A stretch of DNA of 48,230 nucleotides, from the NCBI GenBank assembly GCA_950072105.1, contig CATMOE010000026.1, positions 1-48,230 of the forward strand. The letters are read 5' to 3'. The notes under the pieces are model-generated. The model was given only the letters and a program-made list of their open reading frames with translations. It searched no databases and was not told the DNA's origin. The translations under genes and the position numbers were made by a program. Of this stretch, positions 19,450 through 29,521 are shown piece after piece (position 1 is the stretch's first letter; every line of letters begins with the position of its first letter). The stretch is from an uncultured Dehalococcoidia bacterium (GTDB lineage: Bacteria; Chloroflexota; Dehalococcoidia; Lucifugimonadales; UBA3495).

Positions 19450-20241
19450 TTAAAGCACCGACCGCACGACGCCGCCATCCACTAATATGGTCGTGCCGGT
19501 GATATAGCCGTTCTTTTCCGAAGCCAGGAATGCAACTAGATCGGCCAATTCTTCGGGCCTCCCGAATCGTCCCATGGGTATGGCGGAGGCGCGGGCCTGG
19601 AGCAGAGTATCCGCCGACTCCCCCGTTTCGCTGGCCCTGGTCTCGAACAATCCCACCATCCGGTCGGTCAGCAAGAACCCGGGGGCTACGTTGTTGACCA
19701 GGATGTTGTCCCTCCCCACTTCGTCAGCCAGGCTTTTAGCGAAGGCCACAGCCCCCATCCGAGTCACGCCAGACGTAACCAGGTTGTCGATAGGCTGGTA
19801 CACAGTGCTCGCTAAAATATTGACGATGCGCCCCCAGGATCGATTCTTCAAGTGTGGCACCGCCTCCCTGCCCATGCGGATGAAGAAGGTGAGCGCCATC
19901 TGGATCGCTTGGTCCCAGGTCTCTTCGGAGGTGTCCACGGCCCGGCCTTCAGGCGGCCCGCCCGAGTTGCAGACGACCACATCCAACCTGCCAAAATGAT
20001 CTACTGTCTTCTGGAACAGGTCCTGGATATCAGCCAGACGAGACAGGTCGGCCGGCACCTCCAGCACCTCGGCGCCTGTGGTTGACCGTATTTCTTTGGC
20101 TGCGGCCTCCAGACTCTCGACGCCGCGGCTGCATATGGCCACGTTGGCCCCTTCGTGCGCCAAGGACAGTGCGCATGCTTTCCCCAAACCTCTACTGCCT
20201 CCCCCAACGACGGCCACCCTCCCTTTCAATCCCAGGTCCAT
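19450..20241 (-). CDS. Short-chain dehydrogenase/reductase
   Basis: MDLGLKGRVAVVGGGSRGLG, NSGGPP, VNNVAPG..TDR, IPMGRFG.PEE, YITGTTILVDGG. Confidence 0.95.
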   Translation of the reverse strand: MDLGLKGRVAVVGGGSRGLGKACALSLAHEGANVAICSRGVESLEAAAKEIRSTTGAEVLEVPADLSRLADIQDLFQKTVDHFGRLDVVVCNSGGPPEGRAVDTSEETWDQAIQMALTFFIRMGREAVPHLKNRSWGRIVNILASTVYQPIDNLVTSGVTRMGAVAFAKSLADEVGRDNILVNNVAPGFLLTDRMVGLFETRASETGESADTLLQARASAIPMGRFGRPEELADLVAFLASEKNGYITGTTILVDGGVVRSVL

Positions 20242-20270
20242 GGTTTACTCCTTAATTGGCTTGTGGTACC

Positions 20271-20317
20271 AGTCGTAACCCCGAGCTTGCCCGGTAAGCT
20301 TCTTCGTAGTTACGACT
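20271..20317. repeat. Intergenic nested inverted repeat upstream of the SDR gene
   Basis: AGTCGTAAC (20271-20279) / GTTACGACT (20309-20317) enclosing AGCTT..AAGCT. Confidence 0.55.
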
Positions 20318-20381
20318 TGGTGAGTTGAGTGGCTTGTTTCCATTCGAAAGAGCCCAAGAGAGTTCATGGGAACGAGGATCG

Positions 20382-20795
20382 TTAGATGTTCAGGGCCGCT
20401 AACCCCGCCTTGGCGATCGCCTCGTCATCAAGGCCGCTGGGCAGGCCGCCAACGCCGATAGCCCCAACGACCGCGCCGTCCTTAATCACTGCCACGCCTC
20501 CAGCAAGGGCGATAAGTTGGGGATCGCCGAATGACTCCAGGGACCGGCCCTGAGTACTGAGTTGCTCAGCAAAGGTCACCGTATCCATCGACCGTACGGC
20601 AGAGGTATAGGCTTTCCGTATGGCGAAGGTCGGTCTCAAGCATCGATCCATGCGAGCGTACGCCAGCAGGTTTCCTGCGTCGTCCACGACCGCCATGTCT
20701 ACCTTGCGCCGGTTAGGGTCCTTGTTGTAATCGTCGATCATTGCCTGGATAGCGTCCTGTGCCTGGTCTAAGCTGATCATGGGCTTGTCATACAT
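20382..20795 (-). CDS. GlcG/HbpS family heme-binding protein
   Basis: AVVDDAGNLLAYARMD, A.RKAYTS, GGVAV..DG.VVGAIGVGG, DE.IA.AG. GGAGG RBS before ATG 20795. Confidence 0.9.
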   Translation of the reverse strand: MYDKPMISLDQAQDAIQAMIDDYNKDPNRRKVDMAVVDDAGNLLAYARMDRCLRPTFAIRKAYTSAVRSMDTVTFAEQLSTQGRSLESFGDPQLIALAGGVAVIKDGAVVGAIGVGGLPSGLDDEAIAKAGLAALNI

Positions 20796-20920
20796 CTGTA
20801 CGTCCTCCAACGGTGAATAGCGCCGAATATACTATCGATGTGGAGACATCGCAAGGCGCTTGCTGCCGGAGGCTTATTCCTTTTCGCCATTCTCCCCATG
20901 ACCCCCTTTCCTGCGAGAGA

Positions 20921-21415
20921 CTAAGCAAACCGGACATTGGCCCAACCTTCTTCAAAAGGCGTGTTGAACACGCCGGTAGATGTCTTGCTCTTAAACTTCC
21001 ATTCTCCGTTCACGCGCACGTACTCTTCGTCGTCTATTCCGGCCCGCCACATAGCCTTGTTCCCATCACTAACCGTGCAGGGCATGAACAAGTACCACCT
21101 GGCTCGGGCTGTGTCACCATCGACCTCTATCTGAGGGTTCAAACCGTAGTGCAAAGCAAACGTGAAGATTTTGGACGCTTCCTGGAAGAATTCCCGGATC
21201 GCTTCCCGGCCTTCGAAGCGTCCCAGGGAGCCGCTCTCCCAAACGGCGTCCTCTACGAACAGCTCGGCTATCTTCTCAGGGTTATAGTTATCGTCGCAGT
21301 ATGCTGCGTACCTTGCTTTCAGGTTCCGAATAGCTTCCGCGTCTTCAAGGATACGGACCCTATTTTGAAGCTCGTCCAGCTTTAGGGCTAACTCTGCTGT
21401 TAGATCGGCTGCCAT
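20921..21415 (-). CDS. NTF2/SnoaL-like protein (BaiE/LinA-type)
   Basis: LED.EAIR.LKARY..YCD, LF.EDAVW, GREAI, H...NPQIEVDGDTA.ARWY, Y.R.NGEWKF. Confidence 0.85.
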   Translation of the reverse strand: MAADLTAELALKLDELQNRVRILEDAEAIRNLKARYAAYCDDNYNPEKIAELFVEDAVWESGSLGRFEGREAIREFFQEASKIFTFALHYGLNPQIEVDGDTARARWYLFMPCTVSDGNKAMWRAGIDDEEYVRVNGEWKFKSKTSTGVFNTPFEEGWANVRFA

Positions 21416-21501
21416 TTCATTTCCTCCGTGGCTTCGGGGAGGCGGATTGTCCGCATGTTACACCGACTCGGGCGCGCAGCGATGGCGGTTAAGAAAAACC
21501 G

Positions 21502-22338
21502 TCAAGACGCGGTCCAATCGTATCGAGGCCTCCAGCCCAGCATTCGCTGTGCTTTTTCGGTACTGATAACGCTGGCGGTGCCCTGAAGCTGGCCACGGAT
21601 CTCTACACTGTTCCCGAAGTTGTCCCTGATGAGGTCAAGCGTAGGCTCTTTGAAGCGGCTTGAAGGCTGAGCGATCATGAATGCCTCGTGTCCCTCGATA
21701 TCCGCGTCAAGGGCCCGCACGTGGGCTTGGGCCACGTCCCGGGGATCTGCATAGGCCCACATCACTAGAGTGAGTGGATTTTGGGGAGTGGGTGCCGGCC
21801 ACGGAAATTCCTCCTGGCCTTCGGGAGACACCACGTTGGTGAAACGGAGGCTGACCACCGTGGTGGTGGAGTTGCGGGCAATCATCTTCCCGATGTCTTC
21901 CCCGACCTGTTTGGATAGGCCATATGGCTCGAACGGCATCATGGGATGTTCCTCATCTAGGGGTAGGTATAGGGGCACGAAGGCCGCTCCGTCGTGAGCC
22001 CAACCCATTCCGAAGGCGCTGGATGAAAACACCACTCGCCGCAGTCCCATCTCCGCCGCCGACATCATGACGTTGAACGTGCTTTGGACGTTATTGTCGA
22101 AAATCACGCGGCCATCAGCGCGCAACGGTCCTGGGATAGCGCCCATGTGTATGATACCTTCAGCGCCTTTTAGCAGGCGTTCTACCATCTTCGTATCTAG
22201 CAGGTCACCAAGCAGGAATTCGGTTGATAGGTCATCGGCCGCGACTTGATCCGTTGCAAGAACCTCTATCTCCCGGTCGAGGAGATCCCGAACCACCCTC
22301 CTGCCAAGCCTGCCTGCTGCCCCGGTTACAACTATCAT
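21502..22338 (-). CDS. NAD-dependent epimerase/dehydratase
   Basis: IVVTGAAGRLG, SSS, YGLSK, SLRF, D.RDVA.A. Confidence 0.9.
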   Translation of the reverse strand: MIVVTGAAGRLGRRVVRDLLDREIEVLATDQVAADDLSTEFLLGDLLDTKMVERLLKGAEGIIHMGAIPGPLRADGRVIFDNNVQSTFNVMMSAAEMGLRRVVFSSSAFGMGWAHDGAAFVPLYLPLDEEHPMMPFEPYGLSKQVGEDIGKMIARNSTTTVVSLRFTNVVSPEGQEEFPWPAPTPQNPLTLVMWAYADPRDVAQAHVRALDADIEGHEAFMIAQPSSRFKEPTLDLIRDNFGNSVEIRGQLQGTASVISTEKAQRMLGWRPRYDWTAS

Positions 22339-22677
22339 GATTACTTCCTACCAGCCTGAATCGACGACATTATACTAGGACTCAGTCAACTTTTGATTCG
22401 AAGGAGGGGTTAAGCACCTCAATCTCCCACCAGCTGGCCAGCCGCCGGTTAGAGACCCGGTATGGTTTCACACGTAATCTTCATGCGCCAGGAGATACAC
22501 CGATGATTACCAACGGTTGAACATCGTCTTGCGGATTTCCACGCCTGAAACACGCTCTTCAGCGCCGGGAGTCTGGCCAGTGATTGACGCTTGGTGACAG
22601 CGCTTCTACAATGGCGGTGATCGAATTTCTGATTGGTCCTGTGCGTGCATAACGAGACTCGGTTTGGGGGAAGGTAC

Positions 22678-24117
22678 ATGGGAAACAGCGACGTGGAACT
22701 GATCGCCCACCTCATGCGGCGGGCCGGTTTTGGAGCCACCCGGGACCAGCTCGATTTCTACGCAGCCCAGGGATACGAGGCTACTGCCGAGGAGCTACTG
22801 AATCCTGTCGACGAGCGGAGGATGGGAGACGACCTCATTCGGCGTTTCCATCCCGAGCTTTCGGGAATGATGGGACCAAATGCCTCCGGAGAGAACTGGC
22901 TTTTCCGCATGGCAACGACAACTACTCCACTACAGGAAAAGATGTCCTTGTTCTGGCATGGCATATTCGCTACCGGGTACCCTAAAGTCATCCACGGCAA
23001 AGCCCTATCGGACCAGATCAGGATGTTCCGGCGGCACGGCATGGGTAGCTTCCGCACGCTTTTAGTGGAGCTGTCCAAAGACCCGGCCATGATCATTTGG
23101 CTGGACAACCAGGACAACCACAAAGGCGCCATAAACGAGAACTACGGCAGGGAGCTGCTGGAGCTATTCTCTATGGGCGTGGGCAACTACACCGAGCAAG
23201 ACATCAAGGAGTGCGCCCGCTCGTTCACCGGCTGGACCATCGCCAACAGAGAGTACATGGAGTTGCGGTCTCAAAGAGACTCGGACTGGCCCTACGGCCG
23301 CATAGCTTGGCATTTCGAATATCATCCTGAGGACCATGACGACGGGGAGAAGGAATTCCTGGGGCAACGGGGGTGTTTCAACGGTGAGGATGTAATAGAT
23401 ATAATTTGCCAGCAGCAGGCCACCGCCCGCTTTATATCAAGGCACATGTACAGCTTTTTCGTGGCCAACGAGCCGCCTGTGCCCGAGTGGCCCGACACAC
23501 CACCCTTAGACGAACAGGCCATACAGCAGCTATCTCAAGCCTACTTGGACAGCGGCTACGACATCACTGCAATGTTGCGAGTGCTGTTTAACGCTGATTT
23601 CTTCAAGTCCAGAAGCTCATGGTATACCAAGGTCAAGAGTCCGGTTGAGTTAGTGGCGGGAGTGCTCCGCCTAACGGGTGAGTTCGACCGGCCTAGGCGG
23701 GAAATATTAGACCGGCAGCTGCAAGCGGTCTACATGGGTCAGTTTCTCAACAATCCGCCCAGTGTTGAAGGCTGGCACGAGGGTACCGATTGGCTGGACA
23801 CCGGTTCGCTGGTAGAGAGGGTGAACTTTGCCACCCAGCAAATGGGTGATGCTAACAAACCGGGCGTCCAAGCCATGATCAGCAATGTAGCTGCAAACGC
23901 TGTGGGACCCATCTCCCCGGAGCGTCTGGTGGGTGAGTGTTTAGACCAAATGGGAGCCATGTCGGTCTCCGAGGACTCGCGTAGGGTATTGATTGACTTC
24001 GCATCAATGGGCGGCGACGTAGCGCTCGGCGCAGGAAACTCCTATGAACAATCCCGCCGGCAAATCGGAGCGGTTCTTCAGATGGTCGCATCGACCCAGG
24101 AGTTTCAGAGGTCTTGA
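22678..24117 (+). CDS. DUF1800 family protein
   Basis: HLMRRAGFG, PLQEKMSLFWH..FATG..KV, DPAM..WLDN, NENYGRELLELFSMG, ARSFTGW, HD.GEK.FLG, KVKSPVE, PPSVEGW, EFQ. Confidence 0.9.
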   Translation: MGNSDVELIAHLMRRAGFGATRDQLDFYAAQGYEATAEELLNPVDERRMGDDLIRRFHPELSGMMGPNASGENWLFRMATTTTPLQEKMSLFWHGIFATGYPKVIHGKALSDQIRMFRRHGMGSFRTLLVELSKDPAMIIWLDNQDNHKGAINENYGRELLELFSMGVGNYTEQDIKECARSFTGWTIANREYMELRSQRDSDWPYGRIAWHFEYHPEDHDDGEKEFLGQRGCFNGEDVIDIICQQQATARFISRHMYSFFVANEPPVPEWPDTPPLDEQAIQQLSQAYLDSGYDITAMLRVLFNADFFKSRSSWYTKVKSPVELVAGVLRLTGEFDRPRREILDRQLQAVYMGQFLNNPPSVEGWHEGTDWLDTGSLVERVNFATQQMGDANKPGVQAMISNVAANAVGPISPERLVGECLDQMGAMSVSEDSRRVLIDFASMGGDVALGAGNSYEQSRRQIGAVLQMVASTQEFQRS

Positions 24118-24168
24118 GTGGGCCGTGACCTGGACTCCCGGGACTTACCTGACAATGCAAGGGGAATA

Positions 24169-25200
24169 ATGACCACCATCGAAACCGGAGCAAGGACCAA
24201 ATTCCTGGAATATGTCATGACCTTGGGCATGACAACCATGGAGGGCCGGGGATTCTATTACCCCGTGGATACCGCCATCGGCCGGGACGACCGGCTTTAT
24301 GTGGTGAACCGTTCGCTGGATATCGTGCCCCGAGGGGTTCGCGTTACCATGTGCGACATAGATAGCGAGTACTATGGCACCTTTGGCTCCTTTGGAGAAA
24401 AGGACGGCCAGTTCATATGGCCCTCCGGTGGGGCGATCGATAGCCGGGGCCGGGTTTACGTTAGCGACGAGCAACTCCACCGCATCTCCGTTTTTGACCG
24501 CGAAGGAGCATTCGTGTCCCGGTGGGGGTCACACGGTACCGGAGAAGGAGAGTTAGATACCCCGTCCGGTATCGCCTTCGATAACCAGGACAACCTTTTT
24601 GTGTCGGACACCTACAACCACCGGATACAAAAATTCACCGCAGATGGCCGGTTCCTGCTGAGTTTCGGCTCCCAGGGGCACGGAAATGGAGAGCTTAACC
24701 TGCCTTGGGGCGTGACCCTTGATGCCAACAACAATGTATATGTGGCCAACTGGGGCAACGACTGTATCCTGAAGTTTTCACCTCAAGGAGAGTACCTGGC
24801 TAGTTACGGCACATCTGGAAGTGGCGACGGAGAATTTCAACGCCCATCCTCTGTCGCAGTCGACGGGGAGGGCTACATCTACGTCGCGGACTGGGGCAAC
24901 GAGCGCGTACAGGTGCTTGATCCCGAGGGCGGCTTCGTGATGAAGCTGCGGGGCCAAGCCACACTATCCAAGTGGGCCGAAAACTTTTTGAGTGTCAACG
25001 TGGAGGAAGGGGCGGCTCGTGCCCGAGCAAACCTGGAACTAGAGATAGATTACTCTGTCATTCATCCGCACGAAGAATCGTCTCACATCGAGAAGTTCTT
25101 CTGGTCACCCGTCTCGGTTAAACTAGACAGAGCAGGGACGCTCTACGTGACGGAAAGCAATCGCCATAGAATCCAAGTCTACAAGCGAATCGCTTCATAG
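24169..25200 (+). CDS. NHL-repeat beta-propeller protein
   Basis: Repeated G.G.GE(F/L)..P.GIA.D..G.(V/L)YV.D..N.RIQ.F units. Confidence 0.9.
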   Translation: MTTIETGARTKFLEYVMTLGMTTMEGRGFYYPVDTAIGRDDRLYVVNRSLDIVPRGVRVTMCDIDSEYYGTFGSFGEKDGQFIWPSGGAIDSRGRVYVSDEQLHRISVFDREGAFVSRWGSHGTGEGELDTPSGIAFDNQDNLFVSDTYNHRIQKFTADGRFLLSFGSQGHGNGELNLPWGVTLDANNNVYVANWGNDCILKFSPQGEYLASYGTSGSGDGEFQRPSSVAVDGEGYIYVADWGNERVQVLDPEGGFVMKLRGQATLSKWAENFLSVNVEEGAARARANLELEIDYSVIHPHEESSHIEKFFWSPVSVKLDRAGTLYVTESNRHRIQVYKRIAS

Positions 25201-25211
25201 GGAGAGGCTCA

Positions 25212-26345
25212 ATGACTTCTGTTAATAAGGATCGGTCGCTGGTTGTGATAGAGCTTGTGGGCGGCAACGACGCCCTCAACACGGTTATACCCTACAACAA
25301 CGGACTGTACTACAATTTCCGGCCGACGATCGGCATTCCCCAGGAAGAGGTCCTCGCTTTGGACCAAGAATTGGGCCTCAACCCCAATTTGGCTCCCTTC
25401 AAGACTTTGTGGAATCAGGGACGCTTGGCCATCATTAACGGCATTGGCTACGACAACCCTAACCGCTCCCACTTTCGGTCCAGAGACGTCTGGTACACAG
25501 CCGAGCCGGAAAAGATAAGTGCTGAAGGCTGGCTGGGCTCCGTGATAAGGGATCTGGATCCCGCGGGTGAGAATGTGCTGACGGGTGTGAACTTCGGACG
25601 TGGTTTACCCAGGGCTCTGGTATGCAAGGGAGTCCCGGTGGCATCGGTGGGCAATTTGGAGACATACGGTCTTATGCCGGACCTTCAGGACGAGATGACG
25701 CGTAGAATCGCCCTGGACGCCTTTAGCCGGATGTACGGCCCGACGCCGGGAAAGGACGCTGTGGCGCAGGTCTTAGGTCAGGCTGGAACAGACGCTTTGA
25801 AGGGGGCCGACATTCTAAGGACCGCTCCGCAGCTTTACTCATCGGACGTAGAATATGCCGACAATCCCATTGCGCAAACTCTAAAAAACGTTGCTCAGGT
25901 GATGTGTGCCGGTTTGGGAACCAGGGTTTACTACGCACGACACGCCAGCTTCGACACCCACAGCAACGAGTTGCTGGCCCACGCCAAGCTCTGGCAGGAT
26001 GTCTCAACGGCCATAAGTGACTTCACCGCTGATCTGACGGAGCATGGTCTAGAGAAGGACGCTGTCATCTTAGTTTTCTCCGAGTTTGGCCGCAGGATCC
26101 AGGACAATGGCGCAGGTTGTGATCACGGCTCGGGAGGGGTGGCCTTCGTCATCGGTGAGCCGGTCAATGGAGGATTCTACGGAGAGTTTCCTTCGCTGCG
26201 CGAGGAGGACCAGTTAGACGGAGATCTCCACTTCAACAACGACTTCCGGTCCACTTACTCCACTATCCTCAATAAGTGGCTAGGGCTGGACCCGGACCCC
26301 ATCGTGAACGGCCAGTTCGAGCAGTTCGACTTCATCTCCAGTTGA
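25212..26345 (+). CDS. DUF1501 family protein lacking a Tat signal
   Basis: LVVIELVGGNDALN..IPY, NRSHFRS, GWLG, FDTH, FSEFGRR...N...GCDHG, DFRS.Y.T. The N-terminus has no twin-arginine motif. Confidence 0.9.
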   Translation: MTSVNKDRSLVVIELVGGNDALNTVIPYNNGLYYNFRPTIGIPQEEVLALDQELGLNPNLAPFKTLWNQGRLAIINGIGYDNPNRSHFRSRDVWYTAEPEKISAEGWLGSVIRDLDPAGENVLTGVNFGRGLPRALVCKGVPVASVGNLETYGLMPDLQDEMTRRIALDAFSRMYGPTPGKDAVAQVLGQAGTDALKGADILRTAPQLYSSDVEYADNPIAQTLKNVAQVMCAGLGTRVYYARHASFDTHSNELLAHAKLWQDVSTAISDFTADLTEHGLEKDAVILVFSEFGRRIQDNGAGCDHGSGGVAFVIGEPVNGGFYGEFPSLREEDQLDGDLHFNNDFRSTYSTILNKWLGLDPDPIVNGQFEQFDFISS

Positions 26346-26415
26346 AACGATAGACGGGACAACTCCTAGCAATTCCAAGCTCGGGGTAAGCCCCGCCGGT
26401 CCTGGCATCTATTTT

Positions 26416-26440
26416 AGGACATGCGTGAGAAGCATGTCCT
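26416..26440. terminator. Hairpin between convergent genes (possible terminator)
   Basis: Perfect 9-bp stem AGGACATGC/GCATGTCCT with a 7-nt loop; no U-tract. Confidence 0.4.
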
Positions 26441-26473
26441 CCCGCTTGAGAAGCTTACGGTTATCTGCCAAGC

Positions 26474-27043
26474 CTACCTTATCGCGTCCAAAGCCTCCTT
26501 GAATGCCCGGCGCCGCTCGGCGCTGTGCAGATTGTCGTAGTCGACAGGGTATCGCTCGCCTTGCTGTACCTTAAGGTCCACAAATATTGGGCCTTCTTCT
26601 TGAAGGATGCGTCCAATCTCGGATTCGAAAACCTCGAGGTCACTGAACTCATAGGTCCTGGGGTATCCCGCTGCCTTGGCGATGTCGGCGAAGCTGACAA
26701 CACCAGCTCCAGGAATGGGATGCCCGCCATTCGCTTCGTAAGATCCGTTCTCGCAGAGGAAATGGATGAAGTTCTTTGGCGCTTCGTTGGCGATGGTCAC
26801 CAGGCTGCCCAGGTTCATCAATAGGCTCCCATCACCGTCTAAGACTAGCACCCTCTTGTTTGGCAGGCCTACAGCGAAGCCTAAAGCATGAGAGGAAGCC
26901 TGGCCCATGGCCCCGATAGCCGTGTAGTTCAATGCGTTGGGCTTGATCACCAACCATTCTTGGGCCGCTTGGTAGGCGGCTACCACGATCTGGTCGGTGT
27001 GATATTGAGCCAGGACTTTGAGGCATTCGTCACGCTTCATCAT
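26474..27043 (-). CDS. comE: Sulfopyruvate/phosphonopyruvate decarboxylase beta subunit (TPP-binding)
   Basis: GAMGQASS.ALG, V.VLDGDGSLLMNLGSL.TIA, NGSYEANGG. Overlaps the alpha gene (ATGA). Confidence 0.75.
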   Translation of the reverse strand: MMKRDECLKVLAQYHTDQIVVAAYQAAQEWLVIKPNALNYTAIGAMGQASSHALGFAVGLPNKRVLVLDGDGSLLMNLGSLVTIANEAPKNFIHFLCENGSYEANGGHPIPGAGVVSFADIAKAAGYPRTYEFSDLEVFESEIGRILQEEGPIFVDLKVQQGERYPVDYDNLHSAERRRAFKEALDAIR

Positions 27044-27558
27044 TCTTCGTCCAGCCTTCTTCCGATAAGCAGGACCACTGGGCTAGACGTGTCGTAGGCT
27101 TTGTCGATGGCGGGGCCGATCTTCGCAACGTCTTGTGGCTGCTCTATCAAGTGGTGTTCGACGCCCATCGCATCCAGGATTGGCTCCGTGATCCGCACGC
27201 CGTACCGGTTAGACTCCATCGGCGCGACGCCGGGCTCCTTGGAGAGCAGGCCTACGATCATGCAGACGGGCATCTCGAACTCCACCGCGGTGCCCCTTAT
27301 CGAGTTGATGGAGTCAAGCAGCCCGGTGTTCTGCATAAGGAGGACGGACCTCTTACCGCAGATGGAGAGAGCCGCGCAGATGGAGACCCCTTCGTCTTCT
27401 TTGGCGACGCGGATCAGCCGCAACGACGGATCCCGCGTTATCGGCAAGAGGACACCTTGACTGGTGGTGATGTCCGGCAAAGCAACAACGAATTCAATAC
27501 CGCTCTGTTTGATGGCCTCAACTATGGCTGACCCTTGAAGTGTCCCGATAGAAACCAT
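27040..27558 (-). CDS. comD: Sulfopyruvate/phosphonopyruvate decarboxylase alpha subunit
   Basis: GIEFVVALPD, KEDEGVSICA, LMQNTGL..SIN, TEPILDAMG. Confidence 0.75.
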   Translation of the reverse strand: MVSIGTLQGSAIVEAIKQSGIEFVVALPDITTSQGVLLPITRDPSLRLIRVAKEDEGVSICAALSICGKRSVLLMQNTGLLDSINSIRGTAVEFEMPVCMIVGLLSKEPGVAPMESNRYGVRITEPILDAMGVEHHLIEQPQDVAKIGPAIDKAYDTSSPVVLLIGRRLDEE

Positions 27559-27696
27559 GGCGATCTCCGGTTGGTGTACCTACCCGGTCGCACCTTACCT
27601 GAATGATTGGCTGGCATTATAGCATTCGATGTCAGCCGGCGGACGCCTAACCGTGACCGTTGAAGTGACCAGGAAGATATTTGCCGTGAGAGAGGA

Positions 27697-27726
27697 TTGA
27701 CAAGCACCAAAGTTCGACACTAAGCT
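27697..27726 (+). promoter_or_regulatory. Putative sigma70 promoter of the GMC gene
   Basis: TTGACA (27697-27702), 18-bp spacer, TAAGCT (27721-27726). Confidence 0.45.
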
Positions 27727-27882
27727 CCACCTGACCAGTTCGGACCTTGATACAGGTGCCGGGTAAACCGATATGGGGAATCCAGGTTGATAGGTCGAGA
27801 CATTTAGCATGTCCTACTCTCAAGGAAATCAGTTAAATCTGGCAAATCTTAGGTTATAAAACCAATCATTTAGGGAGAGACC

Positions 27883-29457
27883 ATGAAATATGACGTTATT
27901 ATCGTCGGCGGGGGAGCGGCTGGATCGGTGTTGGCCGGCAGATTGGCTGAAAACGCGAATACCTCCGTTCTGTTGCTGGAAGCCGGGCCGGATTACCCTG
28001 ATCCAGCCGATCTCCCGGACGAAATAAAGTTCGGCAACACAAGTTTTGCCGAATCCCCGGACTCGGAACACAACTGGGCCCTGCGGGGAACTATCACCGA
28101 GGAGCAAGGGGAGATCCACGTGGCGCAGGGCAAGGTGATCGGGGGCGGGTCGTCCATAAACGGACAGGCGATGCAGAGGGGGTTACCTGAGGATTTCGAC
28201 TCCTGGTCTGCGATGGGTAACGATCAGTGGTCTTATGACAAGGTACTGCCCTTCTTTAGGAAATCTGAACACGATCTCGACATTCGGGATGATTTTCATG
28301 GAACCAATGGACCGATGCCGGTAAGGCGTCGTCAATCAGGCCCATGGCCGGACATCCAAAAGGCCTTCCACGCAGCCTGTTTGGAGGCGGGTCACGGGGC
28401 AGTCGAGGATACCAATGGCCCGAATCCCGCTGGCGTTGGCGTGTGGCCCTCGAACAACCTGGACGGCTGGAGGATGAGCGTAGCTATAACCCACCTAAAT
28501 CCCATGCGCCACCGTCTTAACCTTACGGTGAGGGGCGGGGTCTTCGTCAGGAAGGTGTTGATCAAGGATCTAAAAGCCGTGGGTGTGGAAGTGGAAAGCG
28601 GAGGCGAGGTTTTCAACGTTGAAGCAGACCGTGTTGTATTGAGCGCCGGGGCTCTCAAGTCGCCTCACCTGCTCATGCTATCGGGAATTGGCCCCAATGA
28701 CCAACTTCAGCAATTTGGGATTCCTCTCGTTCATGAGCTTCCCGGAGTGGGACAGAATCTGACGAACCACTTGAGCGCCCAGATCACCTTTAAAGTCAAA
28801 GACGGATTGACCCTCTTTGGTGATACCGAAACGGTGCACTTTGGTTTACATTACACCTCCGACGGTTCGAGCGAAGTCAATGATATGTTGCTGAGGACCA
28901 CCCCAATGGTGGACGAACGGCCGGAGCGCGTCCCCGGTTTCCGGACCAAATACCTGAACGGTGAAGTTTCACCTGACCGGGTGGCGCGAATCTCGTGCAC
29001 TCTCGGATTACCCGATGGCTCAGGCTACGTCAAGCTTGCGTCTGCCGATCCCTCAGTGCAGCCGGCCTTCAATTATCGCTATCTCCAGCATCCAAACGAC
29101 ATGCGCCGGGTGCGGGAAGGCATACGGAAAGCGGTTGGGTTCCTTGAATCCAACGCGTATAAAGACGTGGCCGACTACCGGATCCAACCGACGGAAGAAA
29201 TTTTGGCCGATGACGACGCTTTGGACCTCTATATACGCCAAACCTGTGGAACAGCCAGGCACGTCACCGGGACCTGTAAGATGGGACCTGATTCAGACCC
29301 AATGGCGGTCGTCGATCAATACTGCAGCGTCAAGGGAGTAACAGGGTTGTCAGTGGTCGATGCGTCGGTGATGCCGCGAGTTACCAGGTCAGGTGGTAGC
29401 CATGCGACGGTTGTCATGATAGGGGAACGCGCCGTCGAGTGGATAGCGCCGGCTTAA
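27883..29457 (+). CDS. GMC family FAD oxidoreductase (MftG/choline dehydrogenase-like)
   Basis: YDVIIVGGGAAGSVLA, LLEAGPDY, GKVIGGGSSING, LMLSGIG, PGVGQNL..H, H.TGTCKMG, VVDASVMP. Confidence 0.9.
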   Translation: MKYDVIIVGGGAAGSVLAGRLAENANTSVLLLEAGPDYPDPADLPDEIKFGNTSFAESPDSEHNWALRGTITEEQGEIHVAQGKVIGGGSSINGQAMQRGLPEDFDSWSAMGNDQWSYDKVLPFFRKSEHDLDIRDDFHGTNGPMPVRRRQSGPWPDIQKAFHAACLEAGHGAVEDTNGPNPAGVGVWPSNNLDGWRMSVAITHLNPMRHRLNLTVRGGVFVRKVLIKDLKAVGVEVESGGEVFNVEADRVVLSAGALKSPHLLMLSGIGPNDQLQQFGIPLVHELPGVGQNLTNHLSAQITFKVKDGLTLFGDTETVHFGLHYTSDGSSEVNDMLLRTTPMVDERPERVPGFRTKYLNGEVSPDRVARISCTLGLPDGSGYVKLASADPSVQPAFNYRYLQHPNDMRRVREGIRKAVGFLESNAYKDVADYRIQPTEEILADDDALDLYIRQTCGTARHVTGTCKMGPDSDPMAVVDQYCSVKGVTGLSVVDASVMPRVTRSGGSHATVVMIGERAVEWIAPA

Positions 29458-29521
29458 CTCTCCTCCGCGTCTAGCGTAGCCAAGGTGTCCCGCGCAGGAC
29501 GCTGATGCCGGCTGCGCCACG

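Noticed and set aside
27750..27830. Cobalamin riboswitch-like AGGTGC...GGGGAATCCAGGT in the GMC leader
   Set aside because: The complementary stem, the downstream CCC/ACTGT elements and the B12 box are not visible. An Rfam scan would be needed.
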